Shown here piece by piece: positions 13,332 through 27,539 of a stretch of 64,000 nucleotides of DNA (positions within the stretch are counted from its first letter, which is position 1; every line of letters starts with the position of its first letter). The notes beneath the pieces are model-generated. The model saw only the letters and a program-made list of their open reading frames with translations, was not told the origin of the DNA and did not search any database. The DNA lies in the NCBI GenBank assembly GCA_964016885.1, contig OZ024751.1, positions 51,088,001 through 51,152,000 on the forward strand, given 5' to 3'. A program made the position numbers and the translations under genes. Source of the DNA: Eledone cirrhosa (Eukaryota).

Positions 13332-13572
13332 AACACACAACATTATATGTAAATAAAAACTTTCTGATTTAACTCACCAACAAGAACAACAACAATAACC
13401 TGGTTGACAGTAAAGTATATTGAGTGAAAGCCATGGTGTAGTAATGTGTGAAGGACCCTAGAATATGACTGCTTTGCCTTTTGACTATCTTGTGGAGACC
13501 CAATACACCTTCACTGTGTCACCACTGATGCCTTTACTACTACTGCCATACTGCCTTTTTTGTCCTGTCGTC

Positions 13573-14236
<664 letters not shown>

Positions 14237-14468
14237 AGTTACTTCACCTTTCTTTTGAATTGTATTAGGTATGAATAGGCAAGAATGTAAGAATGTAAAG
14301 CAACACTCTAACACACTCATACATATAGACACACACACACACACATACATACAAACACATATACACACACATAGAGAGAGAACTGTGGGGGAGGGGTGAT
14401 ATAACATTGAGGAAATTAGTAAGAAACAAAAATTAAAGAAAGAAACAAACAAACAACCAAACAAAAGG

Positions 14469-14506
<38 letters not shown>

Positions 14507-14772
14507 TGACTGGTCAAAATAAAAAAAAAGATGTAATGAAAGAAAGATAGAAAAGAAGAAAGTATACACAGAAAAGAAAGATAGTGAGAAGAATGTTTTG
14601 ATATGTTTGTGAGAGGTGAATTTCTTAGAAAGTAATTCCAGATAGGTAAAATGATGATTGGTATGGTGGTGCTGGTGGTAATAGTGTAACTAGAATACAT
14701 GGAGAAATTAACCCTTTTGTTACCATATTTCTAATGAATAACACTACCTATGATTTTAAAATAATTTATATA

Positions 14773-15116
14773 TCATCATCATCATCATCATCATTTTACG
14801 TCCACTTTTCCCTGCTTGCAAGGGTGGGACAGGAACTGATTCTAGCTTGATTTCTACAGCTGGATGCCCTTCCTAACACCAACCTCATTTACAGTGAGTG
14901 CTAGGTGCTTTTTTTCCGTGGCACCTCCACGACCACTTTGCAGTGGAATGATAGAGACCCCAGTCCCTATCATCTCATTTCTACAGCTGAGTAAACTGGA
15001 GCAATGTGAAATAAAGTGTCTTGCTCAAGGAAACAACACATCTCCCGGTCTGAGAATTGAACTCACAACCTTTCGATTGCAAGGCCAATGCTCTAACCAC
15101 TAAGCCATGTGCCTCC
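14773..15116 (-). mobile_element. SINE family S1, full length
   Basis: Near identical to 64-404. Confidence 0.88.
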
Positions 15117-15281
15117 ATATATACATGTATATCATCATCATCATCATCGACGTCTGAAAAAATTGGTGAGAATACCAGAGCAGAGTGTATATGTGTATGT
15201 AATAAGAGGTGGTGTCACATAGAAGATTTATTGCTCAATCAATCTCCTATGTGACACTTCCACTTTGTCCATATATATATA

Positions 15282-15598
15282 GGGCGGTGGATTGGCAGTA
15301 TCGGTAGAGGGTCGGACGCCATGCTTTCCAGCATAGTTACGTCCCTTTACGATCTGAGTTCAAATCCCGCCAAGGTTGACTTCTGCCTTTCATCCTTACG
15401 GTGTCGATAAAAAAATAAAGTACCAGTAATGCACTGGGTAATTGCTGGCCTTGTGCCTAAAGTAGAAGCAATTATATATATATATATTCAAATCCCGCCA
15501 AGGTTAACTTTGTCTTTCATCCTTACGGGGTCGATAAAATAAAGTTCCAGTAATGTACTGGGTAATTGCTGGCCTTGTGTCAAAAAGTAGAAACAATT
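15282..15598 (+). mobile_element. Two SINE S2 copies (full 15282-15475; 5'-truncated 15487-15598)
   Basis: A/B boxes and the GTCGATAAAATAAAGTACCAG domain; copies separated by (TA)n. Confidence 0.85.
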
Positions 15599-15770
15599 AT
15601 ATATATATATATGTATATAGAACAGAGAGAGTGAGGTAAGATACCAGGTGGACCATAACGCACCAGAGTACTCAATACTAGCTGTCGAAATGGCTGGAGC
15701 TCAGCCATTCGGGTCCTGACTTTTTTCCTATTACCAGTTTGGATCTAGCTGTCGAGGTCCTGACTCTTTT

Positions 15771-15829
<59 letters not shown>

Positions 15830-16155
15830 GATAAAGTATGTCCATAGAATCATTTGATAATATATATACACCATTTCCTCTCTCAATCAGCATAATCAAC
15901 CACACAAAAAAACAATTAAACCAGGCTATAAGATTAAAAGGCACCTATGAAGAAATAATAGATAAATAAACGACAGCCATCTATTCACGATCAACAGCTA
16001 TAGAATATTTACCCAGCATTTCAATAGCACGTGGAAATCGATTAAATATATCGTCAACCATACACAATTAGGTATAAAATTAAAGTTAGAAGAAAAAATG
16101 TATATAAACATACCAGGATTACGTTTCTACCCCTTAAAGTTTCATTCGCTTTTGG

Positions 16156-16202
<47 letters not shown>

Positions 16203-16203
<1 letters not shown>

Positions 16204-17425
16204 CGAAGTAGTTTCAGATGTTCAAGTCCTTTAATAATAATTGTTTCTACTTTTGGCACAAGGCCAGCAATTACCCAGTGCATTACTGGTACTTTATTTT
16301 ATCGACCCCGTAAGGATGAAAGGCAAAGTTAACCTCGGCGGGATTTGAACTCAGACTGTAAAGGGACGTAACTATGCTAGAAAGCATGGTGTCTGACGCT
16401 CTACCGATTCTGCCAATCTACCACCCTGTCCTTTAATAATAATGCTGTGATATATATTTCAATGACGACACTGGCCATAATGTTCTGTGTGCGAGTGTCG
16501 TGATATCATCAGACAGCTTGTTACATAATAAGGTTATGTTTCCAAGGCAATCCAAGTTGAATCGACATGGGAACGGACGAAGTGTGTGCTTTTGGGTTCT
16601 TCATCCGTTCCCCTGTGAGTACCAATTCACCCCCACCGCTCTGCGCAGACGCACGTCCGAAGGAAGTTGACCATTAGCGCAGATTTCAACGAAATTCGCT
16701 TAGTCAGTTCACCCTCTCAGCCAAACAATGACCCATTTAGGCCTGTACCATAGTTTACTGCTACCCGTCCAGTTTGTGGCAGTCAGCTGAAAGCCAGAGG
16801 GGATGGGAGAGTGTTAGTTTTTACAGCTCACAATACTACCTCTCACCAAGCATGGAAAGTACGACTGACCATCAACGCCCAAGAGAAAATATACTTAATT
16901 CTAGGTATCATGGTTTTACATTGGAAGTTATGAGTGAGAGTTGGAAATAAAAATTAAAATCCTAAATCAAGCAGACCGGTGGGGGTGAATTGGTACTCGC
17001 AGGGGAACGGATGAAGAACCCAAAAGCACACACTTCGTCCGTTCCCATGTCGATTCAACTTGGATTGCCTTGGAAACATAACCTTATTATGTAACAAGCT
17101 GTCTGATGATATCACGACACTCGCACACAGAACATTATGGCCAGTGTCGTCATTGAAATATATATCACACCATTATTATTAAAGGACAGGGTGGTAGATT
17201 GGCAGAATCGGTAGAGCGTCAGACACCATGCTTTCTAGCATAGTTACGTCCCTTTACAGTCTGAGTTCAAATCCCGCCGAGGTTAACTTTGCCTTTCATC
17301 CTTACGGGGTCGATAAAATAAAGTACCAGTAACGTACTGGGTAATTGCTGGCCTTGTGCCTAAAGTAGAAACAATTATTATTAAAGGACTTGAACATCTG
17401 AAACTACTTCGCTTTTACTTATTCC
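16203..17425. mobile_element. Family F fold-back element (arms 16203-16644 / 16971-17412), each arm with an HHR (16444-16517 minus; 17098-17171 plus) and the same SINE S2 insertion
   Basis: ~440-bp inverted repeat. SINE at 16242-16427 with TSD GTCCTTTAATAATAAT, mirrored at ~17188-17373. Confidence 0.88.
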
Positions 17426-17489
17426 ACATAGGAGTGACGGAAAAAGTACGTTGAGTGCTTGAATTGAATTGCATCAATGTTTACCCTAA

Positions 17490-17975
17490 GTATGCCTCTC
17501 TAGTAACATTGTCTACAAATGTAAGGTTGTAACACCCACGTCCCGTAGGGCCTACATAGGGTTAACCGCCAATAGTTTCAAGCAGCGTCTTTACATGCAT
17601 ACCCATTCTTTTCGTTACCCTCTAAGAAGGAATATGACGTCACTTTCAGCTTATATCTGGAGTCTGAAAGACAACCACACCCAATATAAGTTACACTGGG
17701 AGATCCTAGCTAGGGCTAGATCGTATAACGGAAATAAAAGACTGCGTGACCTCTGCGCCGCTGAGGCCCTGGAAATACTCTACGCTACAGACCACATCTT
17801 AAACAAAAAATCTGAGGCAATTTCGGCTTGTAAACATAAATTGCACAAAACTTTCCTGTATTATAGCCCCACGTTATACCTAACGGATAGCACGATCTAT
17901 ACGTGGATATTTTACGTCTTGATGTGGGAGCTAAGTATATGGTTTGTTTATTCCTTTACTTATTTGCATAGGTAA
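17490..17975 (+). pseudogene. Penelope-like element (Neptune-type) GIY-YIG endonuclease, 5'-truncated
   Basis: Frame of ORF 17595 extended upstream reads CLSSNIVYKCKV..AYIGLTANSFKQR..H..SF..TSLSAYIWSLK..WEIL..DLC..E..LNKKSE..CKHK. Confidence 0.85.
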
Positions 17976-18460
17976 GTATATATTACCCGTATGTTTTGTG
18001 AAGGTATGTATACCTTCTCGTACGTATATTTGACTGTTATAGCGTATAATTTTTACATATTCTGGTATTTAGGGTTTGGCTATGTGTATACGGGAGTTTT
18101 GCGTCCGCGTGAGTGTGCAGGTTCGTACGTATGGTGGGTGTGTGTATATGTGTACTTCTTGTTTTAGTTGACTTACGTCTCCGAACATTCGTGTATTTAT
18201 ATGTAGGTATGCGTGTGCGCTTGTTATATACGTATTTATTTACTTATATACGTTTATATAATTATTTATTTATTTGTACACAAGCATACACACACACACA
18301 TATTTATATGTGCGTGGTTTTGAATACCCATGGTAAGGTTTTGCGTATGCTTGTGTATGTACGTATCTGTTTGCGTGTATGTATTTATTTGTTTCTATTA
18401 CTTCTGTATTGTATTTATTTACTTTGTTCTTATCTCTGTAGCGGAGATTCATTTGGTCTC

Positions 18461-18735
18461 CTAGTTAGAATTTTAGTCTACGATTTCTGCTATACCATTT
18501 ACGTGGTTGTGTCTTTGCGTGCTATTGTTCTCCAAGATCCACATATGACTTATTATCTTCGTTTTTTCGTTCATTGCCAGAGAACGTCTCTATGCACCAC
18601 CTAAGAGAACATTAGTCTACGACCTCTTTTATACCATAAACGTGGTTTTGTCTTTGCGCGTAATTGTTTTTCACCGCTCCTATTAATGACGTATTATTCG
18701 TTTTTTCCGTTCTTTGCCAGAGAACGTTACCACGA
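18461..18735 (+). repeat. Diverged ~135-bp tandem duplication in the Penelope 3' region
   Basis: TTAGTCTACGA..TATACCAT..CGTGGTT.TGTCTTTGCG..TTGCCAGAGAACGT occurs twice. Confidence 0.75.
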
Positions 18736-18817
18736 ACCAAAGTATCGTCTTCCTGTCTTCCTCCGGTTGCAACGATTTTTGAAATATCCAGTTCTGCGTT
18801 TACAGATTGACTTTGTT

Positions 18818-18868
18818 AGTTTCAGAAGATCCCGTTAAGGGTGAAAGCAACGATTCTTTGCTTAAACT
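18818..18868 (+). ncRNA. Hammerhead ribozyme with variant core CAGAAGA (family E), in the 3' pLTR-like region of the Penelope element
   Basis: AGTTT-CAGAAGA-TCCCGTTAAGGGT-GAAA-GCAA..TTGC-TT-AAACT; all three stems pair. Confidence 0.75.
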
Positions 18869-18974
18869 TTAATCTGTTATTTTAATAAATATTTGCTCTA
18901 CGGTTCTTATATATTTGATATATATTTTCCTTATCGAGCCCTCTTTGGATTTTAGTCTTCAATTTTATTATTAT

Positions 18975-19034
<60 letters not shown>

Positions 19035-19559
19035 ATATGAATACAACCATGATTAACACTTTCATCATCATCACCAGCATCATCATCATCACCATCATTA
19101 TCATTTAACATTTATTTTCCATGCTTGCTTGGTTCAGGTGGCTGACACCTCCTGAGATCAGACCAGTGGGTGGTGTTTGACATATTGTGGAGTCGTGGGT
19201 GAGTCGTGTTTGTCATTCTGAGGTGTGCCAGGCTTTCCTGATTTGGGAAAGTATTGGGTATGCAAAGGAAGTTGAATCAGTCAAGGTTTGTCTGAGCTTC
19301 CAATCTCTGCTTATTTGGGTTTAGGGTGGAGAAAAGGGATCAGAGGCATGCTGGCAGAGAATTCAGGAGTATAGTGGCTGGTAGGGGATGGGACATTTCA
19401 TTACCCTATTTCTAATGTCACAGCTAATGATTTTCAAATAATTTAGAAAATAATCATGAATTTGGAGTAATAGAATCAACCTTCTCATTATTTATTCTTA
19501 CATATTCTTCCATTATAATGGAAGATTTATACACACACACACACACACACATATATATA

Positions 19560-19762
19560 AGTTTATCCCGGGTTCAATCAGGGGTAACCATAGTAAGTAA
19601 AGTACTCAATACAAAGCAGAGTATAAATATTTAATATAGAAAAGGCTTCTACAGGACTAGAACTGTTTTATTCAGGAGAAATCATCAGGAAGCCATTTCC
19701 AGGTGATTTCTCCTGAATGAAACAGTTCTAGTCCTGTAGAAGTCGTTTCTATATTAAATATA
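19560..19762. mobile_element. Family D fold-back (arms ~19627-19690 / 19697-19762) with HHR-like motif in each arm
   Basis: Minus strand GGCTTC-CTGATGA-TTTCTCCTGAAT-(A)AAA-CAG..CTG-TA-GAAGCC; the plus arm retains GAAA. Confidence 0.7.
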
Positions 19763-19858
19763 TATATATATATATACAAGCTATACAAGCCATGTATCAA
19801 GAAACAGTCAGCAAGGTTAGAATTAACAATAAATATAGTGAAGAATTTAGCGTAAAAG

Positions 19859-21268
19859 TTGGTGTTCATCAAGGCTCTGTCCTTAGCCCCCCTCCTATTT
19901 ATTATTGCCCTTCAGGCTATAACAGAGGAGTTCAAGACCGGTTGCCCATGGGAACTTCTATACGCAGATGATCTAATTCTCATAGCTGAATTGATGGCTG
20001 AACTAGAGAAGAAATTCCAAACATGGAAGCATGGCCTAGAATCAAAAGGCCTTAAAGTTAACTTGTCTAAGACTAAAGTTCTAGTATGTAGAAAGAAAAA
20101 TAGGGCACAGGTACTCTCTGGGAAATGGCCATGCTCAGTGTGTAGAAAAGGAGTTGGCAGAAATTCCATTTTATGTCCCAAATGCAAACTATGGGTACAT
20201 AAAAGATGTAGTGGGATCACAGGTAAGCTAACTAAGAACGTAGATTTTATATGTGGCCGATGCTCAGGTGCAATAAGTAGCAAGTGCCCACAGGATACTA
20301 GCTCCTTCTATTGCCCAGATGGTTCTATAGAAATAGTGGACACCTTCCGTTACCTGGGTGACAAAATCAGCAGTGGTGGAGGGTGCTCTGAAAGTACAGT
20401 AGCCAGAGTCAGAACGGGATGGAAAAAGTTCAGAGAGCTTATACCACTATTGGCCACTAAAGGTTTCTCTCTAAAAATGAAAGGCAGATTGTATGATGCC
20501 TGTATATGAACAGCAATGTTTCATGGCAGTGAAACATGGGCATTGTGTGCAGAGGATCTGCACAGACTGGAGAGGAACGAAGCATCCATGCTCCTTTGGA
20601 TGTGTAATAGTAATATACGCGAACGGCAAAGCATAAATGAACTAAGTGAGAAGACTACATTGGTATGGTCACGTGATGCACATGAAAAATGACAGTTGTA
20701 TAAAAAATTGATGGAAATTACGGAGTAGGTAGACCAAGAAAAACCTGGGACGATTTGATAAATTCCAACCTTACACATTTACACCTCTCTAAGACAATGT
20801 CACTGGACTGAGATCTTTGTTGCTACGCAGTAATACATAAGACCCGCCTTGCCTATGTACAAAGTGAAACCTACAGTCAGTAGGCACCTCTTAACCAAAT
20901 ATATACCCCATCCCACTACCTACTCCAACCCCCACTCCCACCAACACCACCCTTTCTCTGTAAAGTTATGTTGGTACCACAACATCCAGACCAAAATAAA
21001 TGAGGTCGTGTAGGTGTCACGAAAAAAAAACCACACAGTCCATGCTGTAATATGGTTGTGTAGGTAACACAGCAAAAGCGCCCAGTCCACACTGTAAATG
21101 TGGTTGGTGTTAGGAAGAGCATCCAGCCATAGAAAACCTGCCAGATAGTCCTATACGAGTGAGACATGGTCACCCGACCAATCTTGCCTCAAGTAGGTCA
21201 ATTCGCGTCTAAACCCATGCTAGTATGGAAGATAGACGTTAAACGATGATGATGATGATAATGATGAT
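19859..21268 (+). mobile_element. RTE-clade LINE (subfamily a), 5'-truncated and degenerate
   Basis: LAPLLF..YADD..KTKV, PHD-like insert, FRYLG; premature stop at 20507; 3' UTR and (GAT)n tail. Confidence 0.9.
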
Positions 21269-21280
21269 TATAGATACATA

Positions 21281-22070
21281 TCATCATCATCATCATCATC
21301 ACCGTTTTACGTCCGTTCTTCCACGCTAGCATGGGTTAGACGGGTTGTCCTGTTGTGGGCAGTGTCTGGTCGGCTGACCATGCCTTGCTCATACAGGAAC
21401 TGATCTGGCTTGATTTCTACAGCTGGATGCCCTTCCTAACACCAACCTCATTTACAGTGAGTGCTGGGTGCTTTTTCGTGGCGCCTACACGTCCACTTTA
21501 CAGTGTGGGCTGGGTGCTTTTTTGCCGTGGCACCTCCACGACCACCTTGCGGTGGGGGGGGGGGGGCATATTGTTTATATGCTTCAGCATGTACCCATGG
21601 GAGGTCGGGTACCCTGTATTACTGCGTGACGCCAGAAGTCACGGTCGTGTGTCATTGACTTTGAGAGGTGTAGTTGGGTAAGGTCGGCTTTTATCACCTC
21701 ATCCCAAGTCATCTTGGGTCTCCCCACTCCGCGGTTTCCATCAACTTCTAGTGCTCTGCACCTTTTTATGCAGCTGTCATCCTTCATACGCATCACATGT
21801 CCATACCAGCGTAACCGCCTCTCCTGCACGCAGCATTTGATTCCTCTTATGCTCAGTCTCTCTCTCAATTCATTTATGCTTTGTCGTTCACGTATATTAC
21901 TGTTACACATCCATCGGAGCATGCAGGCTTCGTTTCTCTCTAATCTACGTAAGTCTTCCACCTTCAGCGCCCAGGTCTCACTACCATGCAACATCGCTGT
22001 TCGGATACACGCATCATACAGTCTGCCTTTCATTCTGAGGGAGAAGCCTTTTGCAGCTAGCAGTGGTAGT
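21281..22070 (-). mobile_element. RTE-clade LINE 3' fragment (subfamily b)
   Basis: ORF 21584-22033: GSETW..RRLRWYGHVMRM..GRPKMTW; (GAT)n tail. Confidence 0.9.
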
Positions 22071-22564
22071 AGTTATATATATATATATATATAAACACTT
22101 TAAAAGAAAAGCTTTGTAGAATCAGGGGTCAGTTTCATGTTGGTTGGTATTAAAAGAGAATTAATGTCTTTTTATTCATAACTCTATTTTTGCTTCTCAT
22201 TCAAGCCATAATATACACCATATCAATCCTTTCTAAAATAGCTGGGTGTGATTTGAGGAAAATTTGGCTGCTGCTTTGAATATATCAAACAACTATATAG
22301 AAGCTCATAGAGTTATTTGGAGCTATTTTCAATATGTTGGCAGGTGAGTAATGGGATGATCATAGTGTGGTATCATCATGTATGTAATCTTTATGTTCAA
22401 TACTTCTCATATATTGATTTTCAAAGAGGACCGCTCTCTGTGAAAAATTGGTCATATTAATTTGGAGGATTTTTCTTTGTCTTTCATTTTTTCTCAATAT
22501 GCTTGAAATACTTTCCTCTCTTTTCATCATTTCATCATTTTCTGTCTCCTTTCTTCTCTCATTC

Positions 22565-22633
<69 letters not shown>

Positions 22634-23159
22634 GCTAGCGTGGAAAAATGGAGATTAAACAGTGATGATGATGATATATATATATACATACACACACGCA
22701 CATATATATATCATCATCATCATCATCATCATTATTGTTTAACATCTATTTTCTACACAGCATGTATTAGACGGGTTGTCTTGTTTGAGGTGAGTCAGGT
22801 CAGGTGACAGTGTCCTACTCATACAGAACTGTTTCTGGGTTGATTTCTTTGGCTGGATGCCCTTCCTAACGCCAACCACATCTACAGTGTATGATGGGTG
22901 CTTTTTCTCGTAACACCTACACGACCACTTTACACACACATATATATATATAACAAAGAAGGTGTGGTAAGATACCAGGTGGACTATAATGCACCAGAGT
23001 ACTCAATATTTAGGGTAGCAGAGTGGGTAATAGGAAAATAGTCAAGACCCCGACGTCTGATCTCTGGCCATTTCGACAGCAGTTCAGATGTAGCTGTCGA
23101 AACAGCCTGGAGCTCAGCTGTCGGGGTCTTGACTCTTTTCCGATATATATATATATATA

Positions 23160-23402
23160 TCATCATCATCATCATCTTCATTTTACGTCCGCTTTTCCCT
23201 GCTTGCAAGGGTGGGGCGGGTCTTATTCAGCACAGCATCTCTCCACTTGTCACGGTCCTTCGTCATCTCCTCCGTGAGCTTCAGCGATCTGAGGTCCGCT
23301 CTCACCACCTCCGCCCATGTTTTTCGTGGTCTTCCTCTACTGCGCCTTCCTTCTACTGGCATTTCCTACCTCTTCTTTACCCAGCGGTCATCCTCCATGC
23401 CA
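23160..23402 (-). mobile_element. RTE-clade LINE 3' end (subfamily c)
   Basis: Matches 32540-32780 in reverse complement. Confidence 0.85.
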
Positions 23403-23856
23403 GTTATCCATATATATAATTTCTAGCTGGTCAAATAACCACCATAGAGGCTTCCTTATGATCTCATTCATAAAATGTGTTTCTATGGCAGGGGCAGCAA
23501 CTATAAGTGTTAAATCAATATGGTAATAAAACATAGCAGAACCCTTTAAAGAATTCCTTCTTGTCAAGACATCAATAACATCTTGGAGAGCAAATATATT
23601 TATGAATGTGTATATGTGTATTTGCATGTGTTCACATGTGTGTGTATGTGTGCAGGTTTATGTAAGTGTGTGTGTAGGAGTGCGTGTCTATCAATGTACG
23701 TATCTATGTGTGTATGTGCGAGTACACATATATATATATATATAGGTGTATGTATGTATGTATCTGTGTGCATGTGTGTATATACACACACACAGATACG
23801 TACATACACCTACCTATATATATATATATATGTACAGATAAATATATATACATACA

Positions 23857-23925
<69 letters not shown>

Positions 23926-23992
23926 GTATATATGTGCATACATGTATGTATATGTGTGAGAGATTGTATGTGATTAGTATATCATCATCATT

Positions 23993-24039
<47 letters not shown>

Positions 24040-24517
24040 TATCATAACCAACATTCTATGCCTGTCTTCCCTGCAAGTGTCTTTCATGTGTGTGTAAGTA
24101 TGTGCATGTGTGTGTATGAGTATGTGCATGTCTGTGTGTGTATGTATATGTGTGAGTATGTGCATGTGTGATTATGAGTATGTGTGTGTGTGAATGTTTT
24201 GTGTCCTATTTTATATTTATTTTATATTACTCTGCTGCTCTTAGACAAGTCTTTTAATATTCTATGGTGGAATCACAGCCACCGATAAATAGCAAAGTTT
24301 ACACCTTGTCAAATACTCGTAAGTCAGAGTTAGATGTTTTCTTTCCTTTAATGTCTCTCTCTCTCTCACATACACACATATATATGATGATATATATATA
24401 TATATATAAATTTATATATATATATGTATATACATTCATACATATATATATACACATATTTACATATATATATATAGATACACATACACACATATATAGA
24501 TATACACACACACACAA

Positions 24518-25832
24518 ATCATCATCATCATCATCATCATCAACGTTTAACGTCCGTGTTCCACGCTTGCATGGGTTTGGACGGGGGTTTTCCCACTTGA
24601 GGCAAGAGTGATTGTCTTGCTCGCATAGGACTGTCTGGCAAGTTTTCTACAGTTGGATGCCCTTCCTAACACCAACCACATTTACAGTGTGGGTCTGGGA
24701 CGTTTTTACCGTGTTGCCTACACGGCCACATTACAGCGTGGACTGTGTGTTTTTTGTCGTGACACCTACACGATCTCATTTGTTTCGGCCTGGATGGTGT
24801 GGCACCAACATAACTTTACATAGAAGGGGGCGGTGTGGATGGGGTGGGGGTGGTGGGACGGGAGTGTAGTAGGTTTTACTATGTATTTAGGTAAGGCGGG
24901 TCTTCTCTATTACTGAGTACCGCCAAAGATCTCGGTCCAGTGACATTGTCTTGGAGAGGTGTAAGTGTGTGAGGTCGGAGTTTATCAGCTCGTCCCAGGT
25001 TTTTCTAGGTCTGCCTATTCCGTGGCTACCGTCTCTCTTTATTGCCCTGCACTTTGTTATACAGCTATCGACTTTCATGCGCATCACGTGTCCATACCAA
25101 CGTAGCCTTCTCTCGAGTAAACAACATCTGATCCCTCTTATTTCTAATTTTTTCTTTAGTTCGTTTATGCTTTGCCGTTCACGTATATTACTATTACACA
25201 TCCAGCGGAGCATGCAAGCTTCGTTCCTCTCTAGTCTGCGTATATCCTCTGCACACAATGCCCAGGTCTCACTGCCATGCAACATTGCTGTTCGTATGCA
25301 GGCATCATACAACCTGCCTTTCGTTTTTAGGGAGAACCCTTTAGCGGCTAATAGTGGTATAAGCTCTCTGAACTTTTTCCATCCAGTTCTGACTCTAGCT
25401 ACTGTACTTTCAGAGCACCCTCCCCCACTGCTGATTTTGTCACCCAGGTAACGGAAGCTGTCCACTATTTCTATAGAGCCCTCTGCGCAGTTGAAAGAGC
25501 TAGTATTTTGTGGGCACTTGCTGCTACTTATTGCACCAGAGCACCGGCCACATGTGAAATCTATGTTCTTAGTTAGCTTACCTGTGATCCCACTACATCT
25601 TTTATGCACCCATACTTTGCATTTCTGACACAAAATGGAGTTTCTACCTACGCCTTTCCTACACACTGAGCATGGCCACTTCCCGGAAGGGACCGCCGCC
25701 TTATTTTCTTTCCTACAAACTAGAACTTTGGTCTTAGCCAGATTAATTTTAAGGCCTTTTGATTCTAGGCCGTGCTTCCATGTTTGGAATTTCTTCTCTA
25801 GCTCGGCCATTGATTCAGCTATGAGTGTTAGG
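24518..25832 (-). mobile_element. RTE-clade LINE (subfamily a), 5'-truncated, open frame over 24887-25832
   Basis: DLTLIAES..KTKV, PHD-like insert, FRYLG, GSETW, RRLRWYGHV. Confidence 0.92.
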
Positions 25833-25846
25833 TCGATATATATATG

Positions 25847-25912
<66 letters not shown>

Positions 25913-25915
<3 letters not shown>

Positions 25916-26228
25916 CAAGCATAGATGAGTTGAGAGAGAAACTGTGTATAAAAAGGATAAGTTGTAGTGTGCGGGAGAGAAGACTGCGATGGTATGGACA
26001 TGTGATATGCATGGAGGATGACCGCTGGGTAAAGCAGTGCCAAGAAATCCCAGTAGAAGGAAGACACAGTAGAGGAAGACCACTAAAAACATGGGTGGAG
26101 GTGGTGAGACCAGACTTCAGATCACTGAAGCTCACAGAGGAGATGACGAAGGACCATGACAAGTGGAGAGATGCTGTGCTGAATGGGACCTGTCCTACCC
26201 TTGCAAGCAGGTAAAATGATGATGATGA
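25913..26228 (+). mobile_element. RTE-clade LINE 3' end (subfamily c)
   Basis: RERRLRWYGHV..GRPLKTW; (GAT)n tail. Confidence 0.88.
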
Positions 26229-26869
26229 TATATATATCATCGTTTTAATATTTGCTTTTCCTACTAGCAAGGGTTGGATGGGTCTACAAAGTCCAAGTCA
26301 GTACTAAAGCAGTGGCTACTGATCTCTCAGACAAGCTAGGGATCTGTGATCTTGCTCATGTACAGTCTCATGTTCTACCAATTGCACAGGAGAGGTTGCC
26401 ATGTCCTTGACATGACTGAAGAGTCCTCCCAACTCTTTGATTGGCAAGCTTTCTATAGCTGGATGCCCTTCCTATCACCAACCACTTTCCAGCATGTACT
26501 GAGTGCGTTTATCGTGTAGATCACCAGCACTAGGGAGGCTGTCATGTCTTGATGTGACTGAAGGGTCCTCCCAGCCCTTTGTTTGGCAAACTCTTCATGA
26601 TTGGATGCCCTTCCCATCACCAACCACTTCACAAAGGGGCAGTAGCTAGGAGTTGGCATGGGGAGGGGCATGGGGAGAGGCCTGGGGTGTGTGTGGCAAA
26701 GGGATGTAGTGGTGTTGAAGATAGCTGTTAATGAGCAGTGGTGAGAGGAGGGTCAGGGAACATTCTGTGTTGCAGTTTGGGTCTTCTTCAGCACCACATA
26801 ACCCAGCCCTCACAACCATTAGTCATTTTTGTTGTGGGGTTTAAATATACATAATCGTTTAACAGACGG

Positions 26870-27220
26870 TAAGTAATGGCAATGGTAAAGACTCCTTTCA
26901 GTCAGATTGACTGTGGGATTTGCACCTAGAAAGTTCCCCTCCAAGACACAAGTCCGAGCAAGGTTGTTTTGTGGAAGACCAGTAGTCATCCTTACATACC
27001 AGCCTCTTCACACCACCGATGTTGTCCAAGGGAAAGCCAAAGGTTGATACAGCTTGACACCAGTGATGTCACAACTCATTTCTACAGCTGAGTAAACTGG
27101 AGCAACATGAAATAAAGTGTTTAGCTCAAGGACACAATGCATCACCCGGTCCGAGAATCAAACTCCTAACCTTCCGATTGCAAGCTCAATGCTCTAACCA
27201 TCATACCATATGCCTTCACA
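26870..27220 (-). mobile_element. SINE with S1-type tRNA head/CORE-like domain but a different 3' half (family S3)
   Basis: 27075-27218 aligns to the S1 head; 26870-27075 is unrelated to the S1 tail. Confidence 0.7.
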
Positions 27221-27539
27221 CAGATAATGGCAATGATGATGCTGATAGACATCTAAATATAAATACATAGATCAACACACACACTCACACACACACACAC
27301 ATATATATAAACATACATATATTCATACATACATGTATATGCAAGCATGTAAAGACACATAAAGAGTTAAAAAGTGATAGTGATAAGAAATTTACAAAAG
27401 GTTTTGAAGAAAGTTGAAATGGATTCTAAAAATCATAATGGAACAGAAGATAAAACGGAATGATGATAAAAATAACAAGAAAAACAACAAGACCTCCACT
27501 CATGAAACATTTAGTCAACTTCTTGAGGTACATGAATGT

